Of a stretch of 64,000 bases of DNA, positions 51,731-63,076 are shown in pieces. Source of the stretch: Trypanosoma brucei. Lineage: Eukaryota. Every line of letters starts with the position of its first letter. Positions within the stretch are counted from its first letter, which is position 1. A program made the translations under genes and the position numbers. The stretch is from contig CP000068.1 in the NCBI GenBank assembly GCA_000002445.1, positions 896,001 to 960,000 on the forward strand, written 5' to 3'. Under the pieces are notes generated by a model. The model was not told where the DNA came from, did no database searches, and saw only the letters and a program-made list of their open reading frames with translations.

Positions 51731-52229
51731 GCCGTCATCGCTGGCCCCCTTATTGTTGTGATGCTGAACTTTAATCGGATGGAAATACTTATACAAATGG
51801 CCTTTGACCCCGCATCTTTTACAATTTTCCAAGCGCAAACTGACCCTTCTTCCTCGTGGGTAAGTTACTGAAGTGTGGATGATTAACGACAGGGTATTCT
51901 TACGGCTCCTGACTCGGCAATTTCAACATTACAAACTCTCTAGGACCTTCGTAAGCTGTTTGTGTTCGTTTTCCCTCTTACCGTGCGACGATCTCTCACA
52001 TCTTTCCCTTTCTTAATTATCAATTTAACTTCTTATGTGTGCGTTTAGGTTGCTGCCTTGTTGGAAGTGGATTCTATTTTTTTTTTTTTTGGGGGGGTCG
52101 AAGAAGGGTATAGGGAATAGAGCGTGCTTATACGAAAACATACACAAAGCAAGGAAAAAGTGTGTAGGAATCAGCGGCATCAACAGGACTGTTGCTTGGG
52201 AAGGCGAAAAGGCAGTTGCAGAGTAAGCG

Positions 52230-55200
52230 ATGCATCTCTACTTAACCAAGCGAGTAGCCATCCCTTCAACAGTGGCTGTCACAGCAGTTGCGTGGAACGA
52301 GGAACAGGGATGGCTGGCAGTGGGTGGAAAAGGTGGTTTGCTCAAAGTGTTGAAAATTGATGGCGGCGGATCGCAGCGCGGTGGACTCGCAATGAATCAA
52401 ACACTCGAAGGGCACGAAACTGACGTGTCGGTGGTAGCATGGAACCACCAGTACCGCAAACTTACTTCCAGTGACGCTGGGGGGCAAATTATTGTATGGA
52501 TGCTTCACAAGGGAATGTGGTTGGAGGAGATGATCAACAACCGCAATAAGAGCACTGTGCGTGACCTCGCATGGAGTGTGGACGGCACAAAGGTGTGCAT
52601 TGTCTATGAAGATGGGGCCGTCATTCTTGGTGGTGTGGATGGCAACCGTCTGTGGGGAAAAGACTTGAAGTGTGAACTTACCAATGTTACATGGAGCCCC
52701 GATGATCGCTATATCCTCTTCGGTACCAAGTCTGGAGACGTGCAGATGCACGACAGTGCTACTGGCCACCTTGTAAATCAAGTGGCCATTACACATCAGG
52801 CTAATAAAGTGCCACTCGCTGGGTTAGAATGGAGTTCTGCATGGGTCGACAGGCCGGAACCACTTCCCTCATTGGCGGTATGCTACAAGAACGGCCGCAT
52901 ACATTTGCTACGCGGCATAACAGACCATGAAGCCCGCGTTGTTGAAGCTGGGATCAACGTCACGGGAATCGCTTGGAATCCGCAAGGGACAATGCTTGCA
53001 GTATGTGGTGTACCCGCCACTGGTGGTGCATCTGGGGATGGAGGTACGTCGGCGCAGGGAGGCGCCACCGGGGGAGATGCGGGGGCAGATGGCTCCGCCT
53101 CCTCGGTGCTGACACTGATTTACAATGGTGACGGAGTTCATATGCGGACACTACGTATGAATGGTAAGTTCTGCGGCGGTATCACCTGGGAGGGCGACGG
53201 TTTGCGCGTTGCCGTCGCAGTTGATGCTGCCATGTACTTTGCGAACGTACGATGTGACTACAAATACGCTTACTTCCACAAAACAGTTGTCTTTGCATAC
53301 AACCGCCCCGACCGCACAGACAGCAGCGTAATGTTTTGGAACACGAGGAACAACGAGCGCGTCATTCGCCACATACGTGGGCTACTTCATATACATGCTT
53401 GCAGGAATGCGTGCCTGATTGTCAATGCCCCAGGTGAAGAGCGTTGCTGCATTGTGCAACTCGTGAATGCCATTGGGTGTCCTATTGAGTCGAGGATGTT
53501 GGATATGGAGCCAATCGTGAGCGGTTTGAACTCCTCTCACGTGGTTGTCGCAGACGAGGAGAACATTTACATCTGGCAGTTCCGCGATCCGTCCGTCGTG
53601 GTGGACGCCCTTGATCCTGTTTCTGTGCAGATGAGCCGCCGCGAAACCCACGACCGGGTCGTGCACGTCGATGATTTTGTACGGGCTGATACACCTTCTG
53701 CCCTCACTACGCAAACAGCTCTAACGAATGATCTTATCTGCACCGTGTGTCTTAGTGAAGACTTTCTGTTCGTGGCTCGCGAATCGGGATTGCTACAGCT
53801 GTACCGCTTTAACCCTCTGCAGTTGGTTGGGAAAGCTGTTCTGCCGTGCCGTCCACAGAGCATTGCGGTTAACTGTAACTCCACGCGTCTTGTTTTAATT
53901 GATGTCGTTGGTGTAATGCGCATGTTTCACATCGACCCAACAACGATGTCTCTCGCTCCGAGTAAACTAGTTCCCCAACCCGGTTTTGAGCGGAAGGACG
54001 TGTGGAATGTCCAGTGGGCACAGGATGATCCCGAGATGCTCGCTGTTATGGAAAGGTCTCGCCTCCACATATATCACGGCACGGAGTCGGAAGAGCCGAT
54101 TACCTGCAGTACCCACATATGCAAGTTCCGATCGCTAAAGGTCCGGTCACTGCTGTTGGATGAGTTAAAACAGGACCCGGAGAGGCCTCGAAGGGAGTAT
54201 GTTATCGATCATGATACACGTGCACTTCGGGATGCGCGGGAGGTAATGCAGACCGCATCAACAAGAGACGCGTTACGATACATGGACGAACACTCGCACC
54301 CAAAGCTGTGGTCTCTTTTTGCTGAGCACGCCCTCGCGCAACTGGACTTCGACAGCGCAGAACTTGCGTTTATCCGTTGTGGAGACTACCCAGCGATTCA
54401 GTTTGTTAAGCGTATCAAAACACTGGACGATCCACAGAAGCAACGCGCTGAGATTCACACCTATTACCATCGCTTTGACCAGGCGGAAAAGATATACAAG
54501 GACATTGACCGTAAAGACCTTGCCCTGGAGCTGCGTTACCGCCTTGGCGACTGGTTCCGTGTCGTGCAGTTAGTTCAGGAAGGTGGTGGTGATGAGTCCC
54601 ACATGAGGCGGGCGTGGGAGAACATTGGCGACTTCTATGCCGACCGGCAGAAATGGACCAAAGCGGCTCAGTACTACTCGCAGAGCCAGCAGCTACATAA
54701 GCTCGCCCACATACTTTTCCTGCAGGAGGATTACGATCTCCTCGTGCAACTCATCCAGAACGCCGAACACGATCGTGAGCTTTTATTGAAGTTAGGTGAA
54801 ATGCTTCTTTCCGTTGGCCTCGGTGAAGAGGCATTGCGCGCATATTTGGCAGCTGGTGAACCTCGCCTGGCCGTGGAGAGCTGCACGCAATTAAATCAAT
54901 GGGACTGCGTTATGGCTGTTGCGGAGGAGTACAAACTGACGGACGTTAGCAAACAGTTGGGCCGGCACGCTACGCGGCTTGTTGACAGCGGTCGCCTTTC
55001 TGAAGCTATTGGGTTGTACCGCAAGGCCGGGCAGCACGACGAGGCGGCGCGGTTGCTTGCGGGACTTGGGCAGCGCGCAGCCACAACTAATCCACTTAGT
55101 GCAAAGAAGTTTTATGTGTTGTCTGCACTGGAAGTGGAGAAGTACCGAAAGAAAAAAATGACGCTCAGTGGAAACGGCACAGCAGCTGTTGAGGCGTTGT

Positions 55201-56012
55201 TAGACGTAGAACAAAGTGGAAAGGGCCAAGAGCGGGCGTTTGATGCGGCGTGGCGTGGTGCAGAGGCATACCACTTCTTCCTGCTTTGTCAGCAACACAT
55301 ATTGAATAGGAATCTTGTTTACGCACTAAATGTAGCCATGCGGTTAATGGATTATGATGATATCATAAGTCCTGTTGACAGTTATAGCCTTATTGCGCTT
55401 ACGGCATACCTGGCTAAAAACTACAGCATTTGCAGTAAGGCCTTTACTCGTTTGGAGGCAGCGGAGCAAATGGATGAGCAGAGTCAATCAGAAGGGGGTG
55501 AAGCGAGGGGTGCTGTGCAACTACAAATGATGGATATGATAGCGGACCTTGATGTTTCTTGCCGTACCAAAGTTGGACATGGCGTTGGTCCGGCAGGTGG
55601 TGGGGCCGGGGGCGTTAGTGGCACTACTCGTCTCGATGGTACTACAACCTCTTTACAGCTGACAAATCCGTCAAAGGGTGCCGTGTCTGCCATACAAATG
55701 ACTTATCCAACCGTCACGTTGACGGAACCTCGTCGTCGCTTTGCGGATCTCGCCAGCAAAATATTCACTCAACATAAGCCGGAAGATAACTTTATTGACC
55801 GTGTGAAATGTCATAAGTGTGAGGCTCACAATAAAGAATGGGCATCTGCCTGTGTGCGCTGTCAGCAGCCATTCCACGTTTGCATATATTCCGGTCGTAG
55901 CATTACTTCAGAAGAGTTCTGGCAGTGTAGTGTGTGTCACCACCGACTTCTTGACGTGGAAACCGACCGCTTCCGTAACTGCCCGTTATGTCACACACCT
56001 CTTCGTCACTAG
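52230..56012 (+). CDS. IFT121: Intraflagellar transport protein 121 (IFT-A complex; WDR35 orthologue): N-terminal WD40 propellers, TPR-like solenoid, C-terminal Cys/His zinc-ribbon-like cluster
   Basis: ATG at 52230. The N-terminus 'MHLYLTKRVAIP...VAWNEEQGWLAVGGKGGLLKVLKI...MNQTLEGHETDVSVVAWNHQYRKLTSSDAGGQIIVWMLHKGMWLEEMINNRNKSTVRDLAWSVDGTKVCIVYEDGAVILGGVDGNRLWGKDLK' is near-colinear with the human WDR35 N-terminus as recalled. The C-terminus has 'CHKCEAHNKEW..CVRCQQPFHVC...CSVCHHRL...CPLCHTPL'. Confidence 0.85.
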   Translation: MHLYLTKRVAIPSTVAVTAVAWNEEQGWLAVGGKGGLLKVLKIDGGGSQRGGLAMNQTLEGHETDVSVVAWNHQYRKLTSSDAGGQIIVWMLHKGMWLEEMINNRNKSTVRDLAWSVDGTKVCIVYEDGAVILGGVDGNRLWGKDLKCELTNVTWSPDDRYILFGTKSGDVQMHDSATGHLVNQVAITHQANKVPLAGLEWSSAWVDRPEPLPSLAVCYKNGRIHLLRGITDHEARVVEAGINVTGIAWNPQGTMLAVCGVPATGGASGDGGTSAQGGATGGDAGADGSASSVLTLIYNGDGVHMRTLRMNGKFCGGITWEGDGLRVAVAVDAAMYFANVRCDYKYAYFHKTVVFAYNRPDRTDSSVMFWNTRNNERVIRHIRGLLHIHACRNACLIVNAPGEERCCIVQLVNAIGCPIESRMLDMEPIVSGLNSSHVVVADEENIYIWQFRDPSVVVDALDPVSVQMSRRETHDRVVHVDDFVRADTPSALTTQTALTNDLICTVCLSEDFLFVARESGLLQLYRFNPLQLVGKAVLPCRPQSIAVNCNSTRLVLIDVVGVMRMFHIDPTTMSLAPSKLVPQPGFERKDVWNVQWAQDDPEMLAVMERSRLHIYHGTESEEPITCSTHICKFRSLKVRSLLLDELKQDPERPRREYVIDHDTRALRDAREVMQTASTRDALRYMDEHSHPKLWSLFAEHALAQLDFDSAELAFIRCGDYPAIQFVKRIKTLDDPQKQRAEIHTYYHRFDQAEKIYKDIDRKDLALELRYRLGDWFRVVQLVQEGGGDESHMRRAWENIGDFYADRQKWTKAAQYYSQSQQLHKLAHILFLQEDYDLLVQLIQNAEHDRELLLKLGEMLLSVGLGEEALRAYLAAGEPRLAVESCTQLNQWDCVMAVAEEYKLTDVSKQLGRHATRLVDSGRLSEAIGLYRKAGQHDEAARLLAGLGQRAATTNPLSAKKFYVLSALEVEKYRKKKMTLSGNGTAAVEALLDVEQSGKGQERAFDAAWRGAEAYHFFLLCQQHILNRNLVYALNVAMRLMDYDDIISPVDSYSLIALTAYLAKNYSICSKAFTRLEAAEQMDEQSQSEGGEARGAVQLQMMDMIADLDVSCRTKVGHGVGPAGGGAGGVSGTTRLDGTTTSLQLTNPSKGAVSAIQMTYPTVTLTEPRRRFADLASKIFTQHKPEDNFIDRVKCHKCEAHNKEWASACVRCQQPFHVCIYSGRSITSEEFWQCSVCHHRLLDVETDRFRNCPLCHTPLRH

Positions 56013-57464
56013 TTTCAGAGATTTGTAGGGGTTAGAGGAGAAGCAAGCTTTTAAAATTGTCTCTAGAATGTGTTTGCTTCCTCACACACAGTTTACATTT
56101 CCTTTCCATACTGGAAGGCCCCGCAGGCGTATTGAACCATTTGCCTTCTATTCCTCTTTCCACTGTTTGATTGCTTGCTTATATGCTCAACTCGTGTGCC
56201 CCACTGCGCTGTTCAATTTTTCTTTTACCATTATGTTTCTCCAGCTGATGGTGTTGGTGCTCGTCGAGGTTTTGCCGTGTGGGGTACGAAGAAGTGGGGA
56301 TGTGTTGTGTACGTTACCGTTGTTTTTGTTGTTGTGTTGGGGAGTGGGGAAGGCGTTTATTGGGAGAAAAAAGAAATGCCTCGAGCACGAGCCGTCTCGG
56401 CCCTGGAGCATATGCATCAAAAGGCTGATAATATTAATATCTATGTGCATGAATGTACAAACAAGTGAAATTTATGCGCAATGAACAAAACCTCTGCATC
56501 GAAAGAATAGATCAATGGAGACCAATGGGTGTGAGAAGTGATGCAACTAGCGCGCGCATGCACAACCTTACAAGTTTCTTTTCGTTGGATAACTATCCGA
56601 GCGAAGTGAGGTATGAATAAATAAATGCATATATAGAGAAAGGAGAAGGAAATAATATTGGGCAAGTGATGAGGGCTGAGAATTTTGTTCGTGCGCGTTG
56701 AAGAGAGAAAGAGTTGGTTGCATCTTTTCTCACCACGTAGACATTTTTTCCTTTTTTTTGTTTGCCTCTGAATATTGAATTTTGCTTCGTTTCGCCTGTG
56801 CGAGCGTGTGATCATACTGTTGGAAGTGCCATGGTGCCGACTATATATAGTTTCGTTATGTTCCAACCCCTCACCATTGCATCAATATTTGCTCCGTCCA
56901 CTGATCTTAACATGGTGAACAATGGCAAATGTTGCGGATGGCACTGATGGAGAGGTGATTAGTGGTCGCGGGTGGAAATGGTTTGACAGAAAAGGTGGAG
57001 CATCAGAAGGAAAAAGTCGCAGTTTTCAAAGAAAAAGCTGTCATGAGGACCGTACATCCCTTGCCAAAGTACATACGAAACCCGTTTCTCTGTTTCGCAT
57101 TCTTTTTTTTCTTCCTTTTTCAAGATACATCAAAAAGGTTTCTTTCCTCTTGGTCTGTTTTTGTGCAATGTTCCTCTGTGTAAGTTTGTCCCTTCCGTTT
57201 TCCGACTCTGATTTACCGACAGCGCCCTTTTGTTCTTCCCTACTTCATATGCGTACGCTTGTGCGCGTTTCCGCCCACCGTGACAGGCACAAAGGAAGTG
57301 GAACTCATTGCAGTTTTGTTACTTGGCTGTTATCAACGTAGCCGTACGAGTGCGGCACAGCTACCGGCGCCGTTATAAGGCGTAATACTACGGCAAGCTG
57401 TTGCGCAGAAGGAAGGCGCATTGAAGTGGAGAACCAAAACATCGTTTGATCAAACGTGGATTGA

Positions 57465-58061
57465 ATGCTACGTCGAACGCGTTTTATTTGTGTGGGCGCG
57501 AAGCACTTCTTTAGAACAGATGGCCAACCGTATCAACCGTACACAATAAAGTCGCTCTTCCTTTTTGGCTTTATTGCCTCTACGGCATTCCTTTCTGTTT
57601 TCACCGTGAAGGAAACGAAAAAGGCTGGGCCACTGGAGCTTCCCGATGAGCTTGAGGACGAGCGGCGCCGGAGGAATGACCCTCGACGACCACCCTGGCC
57701 GCTGCTGCATCAACGCAGTGTTCTTTTGCGAGAGGGGAAGGCACCACACGACGACCTTCTACTTCTGTGGGAACAAACACGCCATTATTATCCTGCAGAC
57801 TGGCTCGTGCCTCTAGAGATAACACAGGTATTGAAGTACACAAGCGGGGCATACCTGCAAAATTATGTACCGGATCCCGACCAGTTGCGTAAGGAGGTAC
57901 TGATGCAACTGTTGAATATTCAGTATGGACGGGTGAGGGACCCAAATGGGGGTAGACTCAACCGAGATGTGAAGGAAATTATCGCAATGGCAATTGAGGA
58001 TTTGGAGAACATGGACCTCAGTCCCGGCACAGAACCGGCGCTAGTGCCGACGCACACCTAA
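57465..58061 (+). CDS. Small hypothetical protein (198 aa) with one predicted transmembrane helix near the N-terminus
   Basis: ATG at 57465. 'IKSLFLFGFIASTAFLSVFTV' hydrophobic helix followed by a charged soluble domain. No recognisable motif. Confidence 0.45.
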   Translation: MLRRTRFICVGAKHFFRTDGQPYQPYTIKSLFLFGFIASTAFLSVFTVKETKKAGPLELPDELEDERRRRNDPRRPPWPLLHQRSVLLREGKAPHDDLLLLWEQTRHYYPADWLVPLEITQVLKYTSGAYLQNYVPDPDQLRKEVLMQLLNIQYGRVRDPNGGRLNRDVKEIIAMAIEDLENMDLSPGTEPALVPTHT

Positions 58062-58800
58062 GCGCGGAGTGCAAACAAAAAAAAAACAGCAACACAAAGT
58101 GAGAGTTACGTAGTGTTTTTCTCTTTTTTTTTTTTCGGTTCCTTGTCACTGAAACTTATACATGTTACTTTCCCCCCTTTTTGACTTTAATGCCGGACGT
58201 CTTGTGGTCGAGTGCCATTTTTTTTTTCTTTTCGTGATTACATGACCATGTTTTGTAGCTTGACCCCTCTTTATCTATCTCGATGTGGATGTGTTGGACT
58301 CTATCAAAACTGGGTGTGGTGAAGATCACTGATTATGGAGTGTGAATGGCGATTTTACCTTGAAGGCTCAAACACGGTGCTCATTTCCATCGGTTGGGTT
58401 CCGCTGCCCAGTGGGCACATGTGCTGCTGCGCAGGTGGGTGGAGCCACGGGACACCGACGATATGATGATAAATGTTGATAAGAAGAAGAGGAGGGAGCG
58501 GGGCACAGTTGGAGGCACGACTTTTTTTGTTTTGCAGTTCGAAACTCGATCATTTTGGTAAAGAGCCCGCAGCTGAAAAGCTAAATGGGCTGAGTGACCG
58601 GTATCAAGTCTAGTTAATTATTACTGTTGCCACTTTTTGGGGAATAAATCACGCGATTTCGGTGCTACCGTCGTTGAGCGCCTAAGAGCAGGCGAGATGT
58701 GGGGAAAGGTGTGCACGGGGTTATTTTTTTCGAAGTTTGTTTGGCGGTAGATATTTTGCGTCTCCTTTTAGAGGTTGTTTCTGTCTCTGCCTTTGTGGGC

Positions 58801-58869
58801 TCTCTACTTTTATTGTTCTTTTTTTTTTCGTTCTGATCTTTCGTTTAACCTGGTCATCATGCATTGAAG
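58801..58869 (+). promoter_or_regulatory. Polypyrimidine tract plus AG upstream of PARP
   Basis: 'tctctacttttattgttcttttttttttcgttctgatctttcgtttaacc', then the AG at about 58868. Confidence 0.45.
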
Positions 58870-58975
58870 TGTTGACAAGCCGGTGACCAAAGAGGCAGGC
58901 TACGGAAAGCTGGAGAATAGCTGGCTATTACAGTAGCAGTGGCTAAAAAAAAAGTTGTAAGGCGTATACTATATC

Positions 58976-60697
58976 ATGGCGGCTAAAGGAAAGTCAACAC
59001 AAAGGCGTTCTGCCACCGGTGGTGCTAATTCCAAAGGTGCTTCCGCTAAAATTTCTCCAGTAAAGAAGTCAACAGCGAGAAAAGGACAGCAAAAGACAAC
59101 CAAGAAAACACCTGTGGTAACCAAGCCAGTGCCTACCAAAACAACTGCGGCGGCGGGGGTGAAAAAGAAAGTTGATGCTGCTGTAACCACGCAAGCGCCG
59201 GTGACAGGGGGGAAGCGGGAGCGATTTCTTCGGAAGGGACGCGGCGTTGTCGACGTGCACTCGGGCAAAGTGGACACTTGCCATGTGTACGAGAGAGACG
59301 GCACCGTGTTTCAGTTTACACTGAATCAAACAAACATATCGAGTAATAACAATAAGTTCTACATAACTCAACTACTTGAGGATGACGCGCGCAAAAATTA
59401 CTTTATCTTTGCGCGGTGGGGCCGTGTGGGCGCTGTGGGGCAATACATGTTGGAACCGTACTTGGATGCGCGCAGTGCGGAGCAGGACTTTTGTTCCAAG
59501 TTCCGCGAGAAGACACGCAATGACTGGGTCGACCGTGGACGTTTCAAAAAGGTTCCCGGGAAGTATGAGTACATGGAGGTTGACTATGGGGAAGATGATG
59601 ACGATGACGCTGGTGGGGAAAAGCCGGGGAAGAAGAAAAAAGCGGAGAAACCGGTGAGAGAGTCAAAGTTACCCAAAGAAGTTCAAGATTTGATGCGACT
59701 CATTGGGTGCAGGGAGTCGATGTCGCAGGTGCTCCGAGAGCTGGAGGTGGACACCGAACGAATGCCATTGGGGAAAATATCGAAGGCGCAGATCCTGCGC
59801 GCCTACGAAGTACTGAAGGAAATCGAGAAGAAGCTTAAGCGGCCACTGAAACAACTGGAGGAACTGTCCAGTCGCTTTTATACGCTAATACCTCACGCGT
59901 TTGGCACCAGGCGGCCTCCAGTCATCAATACAGTTGATGTGGTTCGGCAGAAAAGGGAGATGCTGGAAACACTGGCTGAGTTGGAGGTTGCGTCAACACT
60001 CGTGGACATGAAAGACGATGAGGCCTTGCATCCGTTGGACAATATCTACAGAAAGATGAAGTGTGCGATCCAGCCACTAAAACCGCAAAGCGAGGTATAC
60101 AAACGTATTGTCCAGTATGTTCGCAACACTCAAGGACCTACCCACGACGCATATACCCTTCAGGTGGTGGAAGTCTTTACACTGCGGCGGGAGGACGAAG
60201 AGGAGCGATACAAACCGTTCAAGAAAATGGACAATCGCCAAATGCTGTGGCACGGCTCACGTATTACAAACTTCCTTGGTATCCTTTCACAAGGGCTTCG
60301 GATCGCACCTCCGGAGGCTCCCTGCACTGGATATATGTTTGGGAAGGGGATATACCTCTCCGATGTGTGCTCCAAGTCTGCGAATTATTGCCATCCACCA
60401 CGTGACACTAATACGGGCCTTTTGCTACTCTGTGAAGTAGCGCTAGGGAAGCAGAAGGAGTATGAAAATGCACACTACATGTTAGAACCAGAGAAAGGAA
60501 CAAACTCCACCAAGGGTGTTGGACGCATGTATCCCGATCCTAAAGGGGCGGAAGTTGTGAAAGGTGTGCTGTGGCCAAAGGGATGCATCAAGGAGGATTC
60601 GCGCTCCACTTCTTTAATATACCCTGAACACATCATATATGACGTCCGTCAATGCGTGTTGAGGTATCTAGTTCGTGTTTCTTTTGAGTATAAATAG
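58976..60697 (+). CDS. PARP: Poly(ADP-ribose) polymerase with a K/A/T-rich basic N-terminus (no zinc fingers), WGR domain, helical regulatory domain and catalytic domain with an intact H-Y-E triad
   Basis: ATG at 58976, after polyY 58801-58850. The WGR domain is 'FQFTLNQTNISSNNNKFYITQLLEDDARKNYFIFARWGRVGAVGQ'. Catalytic motifs are 'LWHGSRITNFLGILSQGLRIAPPEAPCTGYMFGKGIYLSD' (H and Y/Y) and 'LIYPEHIIYD' (E). Confidence 0.9.
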   Translation: MAAKGKSTQRRSATGGANSKGASAKISPVKKSTARKGQQKTTKKTPVVTKPVPTKTTAAAGVKKKVDAAVTTQAPVTGGKRERFLRKGRGVVDVHSGKVDTCHVYERDGTVFQFTLNQTNISSNNNKFYITQLLEDDARKNYFIFARWGRVGAVGQYMLEPYLDARSAEQDFCSKFREKTRNDWVDRGRFKKVPGKYEYMEVDYGEDDDDDAGGEKPGKKKKAEKPVRESKLPKEVQDLMRLIGCRESMSQVLRELEVDTERMPLGKISKAQILRAYEVLKEIEKKLKRPLKQLEELSSRFYTLIPHAFGTRRPPVINTVDVVRQKREMLETLAELEVASTLVDMKDDEALHPLDNIYRKMKCAIQPLKPQSEVYKRIVQYVRNTQGPTHDAYTLQVVEVFTLRREDEEERYKPFKKMDNRQMLWHGSRITNFLGILSQGLRIAPPEAPCTGYMFGKGIYLSDVCSKSANYCHPPRDTNTGLLLLCEVALGKQKEYENAHYMLEPEKGTNSTKGVGRMYPDPKGAEVVKGVLWPKGCIKEDSRSTSLIYPEHIIYDVRQCVLRYLVRVSFEYK

Positions 60698-61525
60698 TGG
60701 TTACACCGGTTTTGACAAGTGGGGGATGCCATCATCCCTTTCCTCTCTTCATTTTTATCTCGTGCTCTGGAGACAGTAGTGGACAGACTGCAGCCCAAAG
60801 TATAAAGAAGTTCAGGCGCCACGTGCATAACCTTGCGACTGCGGCCCCTTGCTCTTAACATCCCGAAGAAGAGAAGAATCTTGTGTTGGACGTCGCACAT
60901 GCCTTCGTTTTGTTTTCGTTTGCATTGTTACTTTCATAATATTGTGTACCAGGTTCTGACGCTTGCGTATGACAAACCCCCAATAGTTTGTTCCCACCCT
61001 CGCTTCGTATCTATTTTTTTGTTTTTTTTGTATTTTTCACCTGACTTACAGTTCACACCCTTATGTCTTTGCATTGCCACCGGTGATGGTTTTATGTATG
61101 GCTAGCGGTGCCTAGCGTTGGCTTGTGAACGGGAGAGGGAGGTGTTTGCCCCATCCTCCCTAAATTATCCATCTAAACCGGCGTATGATGTTTTTTTGTT
61201 TTTACCTTTTTTCAGATTCTTTCGTCATTGTGAACCACTGTAGGTGTCGTCTGCCTTATAGCATGCCTTATGTTGGGTGAGGATTTCCTAGTCTCTGTGG
61301 AGCACACAAAATGCGCAGTGGCGCCAAAACTGTTGGCGGAAAGTGAGGAGGGTTGGCATAAGTGGTAAGTGATACTGGAAATGGCTAGAAATTGAAAAAA
61401 CACAGGAGATCTTTTTCCTCCTGATCAGTACTATTACTTAACTTATTCAGTGCGTTTCCTTGTGATCGTTTACGCTTTTCATTTTCACCTTCTTGTGAAT
61501 TGATCGAAAGACATATAGTTACAGG

Positions 61526-62530
61526 ATGGCGTCGGTTGTCAGCCCTCTGAAGGGGACTTCTGTCAATCTTCCCTGGAAATTGTTGGTTGCGGCTGCGCAA
61601 CCATACCAAACACTTTCAGGCCCAGCGCTGTCAGTCAACTTTCTCCAGCAACCGACCCTTATGCCATTTCAGCAGTTTCCTCTTCATCACGCTGGCATCC
61701 CGGGATTGTACTTTCACTCACTCCTGCACAGCCTAGCTGAGTTTGCAACAACACCGCGGCCGGTGCGAGACAACCACGTGAAAATGCTGCATGCGCCAAT
61801 GGAAGACTTCTGGCAGAGGGTTGGAGTTCTAAATTGTGCGTATTACACGTTCTTTACGCCTTTTAGCGGACAGCATCCAGCACTTGGGGCTGTTGAATTG
61901 TCGTTATCGCCACAGCGCAAGCAAAGGGATGTGCGCTTAACCCTTTACAATGGAGTGTACCAACCCATTGCCACAATGATATGCACAGGAGAAGCTGATG
62001 ATCCTTCTTGCAACATTCCGTCGCAGCATGACGCTTTAGCGTGGCCGAAGCCGCATAGCTGTCTTGATGGAGATGCGTTTGGTGCGTCGCTAATTGGAAA
62101 TGTGTCAAAGCTTTCCGATGGCTGCTTCATGCAGGAAGCACTCTTTACAAACAGTAGTGAGTCTGAGGAGGACGTGGTGCCGCCGTGGCGGGTGGACAGG
62201 TGTGTAGCAGATTTCTGCCGTTCTCTAGCAGTGGCAGGATTCCTCGCACCGCATGTTCCTAGTGGAAAACAATGTCACTTTACCATCGCTGCTCAACAGA
62301 CCTTGGCACATGATGATGTCATGAGTGGGGAATCGGTTGTTGTTGTGACTGCCGCCCCCCGTGTATTCGCCAAGTATCGAATGCCCCCGTGGCGTCATCA
62401 AATTGGTCTGCCTCTGTTTGGACCTGGTGTGTATCCGCTCTGTGTGGCACTTCGTGTGGAGATGAGGCAGAAGGGATACACGGTTAATTCGGGAACGTAC
62501 TTCCTTATGGACACGGGGTTGAGTGTGTGA
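61526..62530 (+). CDS. Conserved hypothetical protein (334 aa)
   Basis: ATG at 61526. Coherent composition and co-directional with the plus-strand gene block. No motif recognised. Confidence 0.45.
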   Translation: MASVVSPLKGTSVNLPWKLLVAAAQPYQTLSGPALSVNFLQQPTLMPFQQFPLHHAGIPGLYFHSLLHSLAEFATTPRPVRDNHVKMLHAPMEDFWQRVGVLNCAYYTFFTPFSGQHPALGAVELSLSPQRKQRDVRLTLYNGVYQPIATMICTGEADDPSCNIPSQHDALAWPKPHSCLDGDAFGASLIGNVSKLSDGCFMQEALFTNSSESEEDVVPPWRVDRCVADFCRSLAVAGFLAPHVPSGKQCHFTIAAQQTLAHDDVMSGESVVVVTAAPRVFAKYRMPPWRHQIGLPLFGPGVYPLCVALRVEMRQKGYTVNSGTYFLMDTGLSV

Positions 62531-63076
62531 GGTGCGGTACGGTACGGGCATTGGCGCATGCACATGTGGGGGAATGTGTGTGCAATTATCCGCAGGCGAT
62601 TGTCACAGCCCCCCTTTTTCCCCACGTTCATGTCTTCATCTCTCAGTGCTCGTGTAATGACTGTGACTCGTAAACACTGTTCTCCGTTTTTATTTTAATT
62701 CTCTTTGTTACTCTCTTACGTAGGTGAAGTGCGGTCCCCTTCGTTTGATTGACTACTGGTGAGATTCGTATCGGCAAAATCAAGGGACTTGAAAGGAACT
62801 AGCAGAAGCAATTAGTGCAGAGGGTAGTGCACTCTTTCCATTCAATTCTGGACATTTTTCTGCCTCAACACCCCACAGCAGGTTGCTTTGTGGTGTTGCT
62901 GTGTTACCGATAATCTCAGTGAGTAGAGTAGGAAGGAGGAGTATATACAGCGAAGGGTACATTACATCGGATTCGGCACCCGCACGGAGCCAAATAGCAA
63001 ATCATCACAAGAAAGGTGTTTGTAGGGAGAGGTACAACACACCTGTAAAGTATTCGTTCATTAGGTGCTGTCCCCC

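Noticed and set aside
52266-52796. 176-aa minus-strand ORF inside IFT121. Other antisense ORFs inside the PRPS, VWA8-like, SLU7 and 1081-aa genes were also checked (for example 36532..36975, 30015..30476, 42954..43328)
   Set aside because: Each lies antisense within a well-supported homologous coding sequence. Kinetoplastid transcription units are unidirectional, and none carries a recognisable motif.
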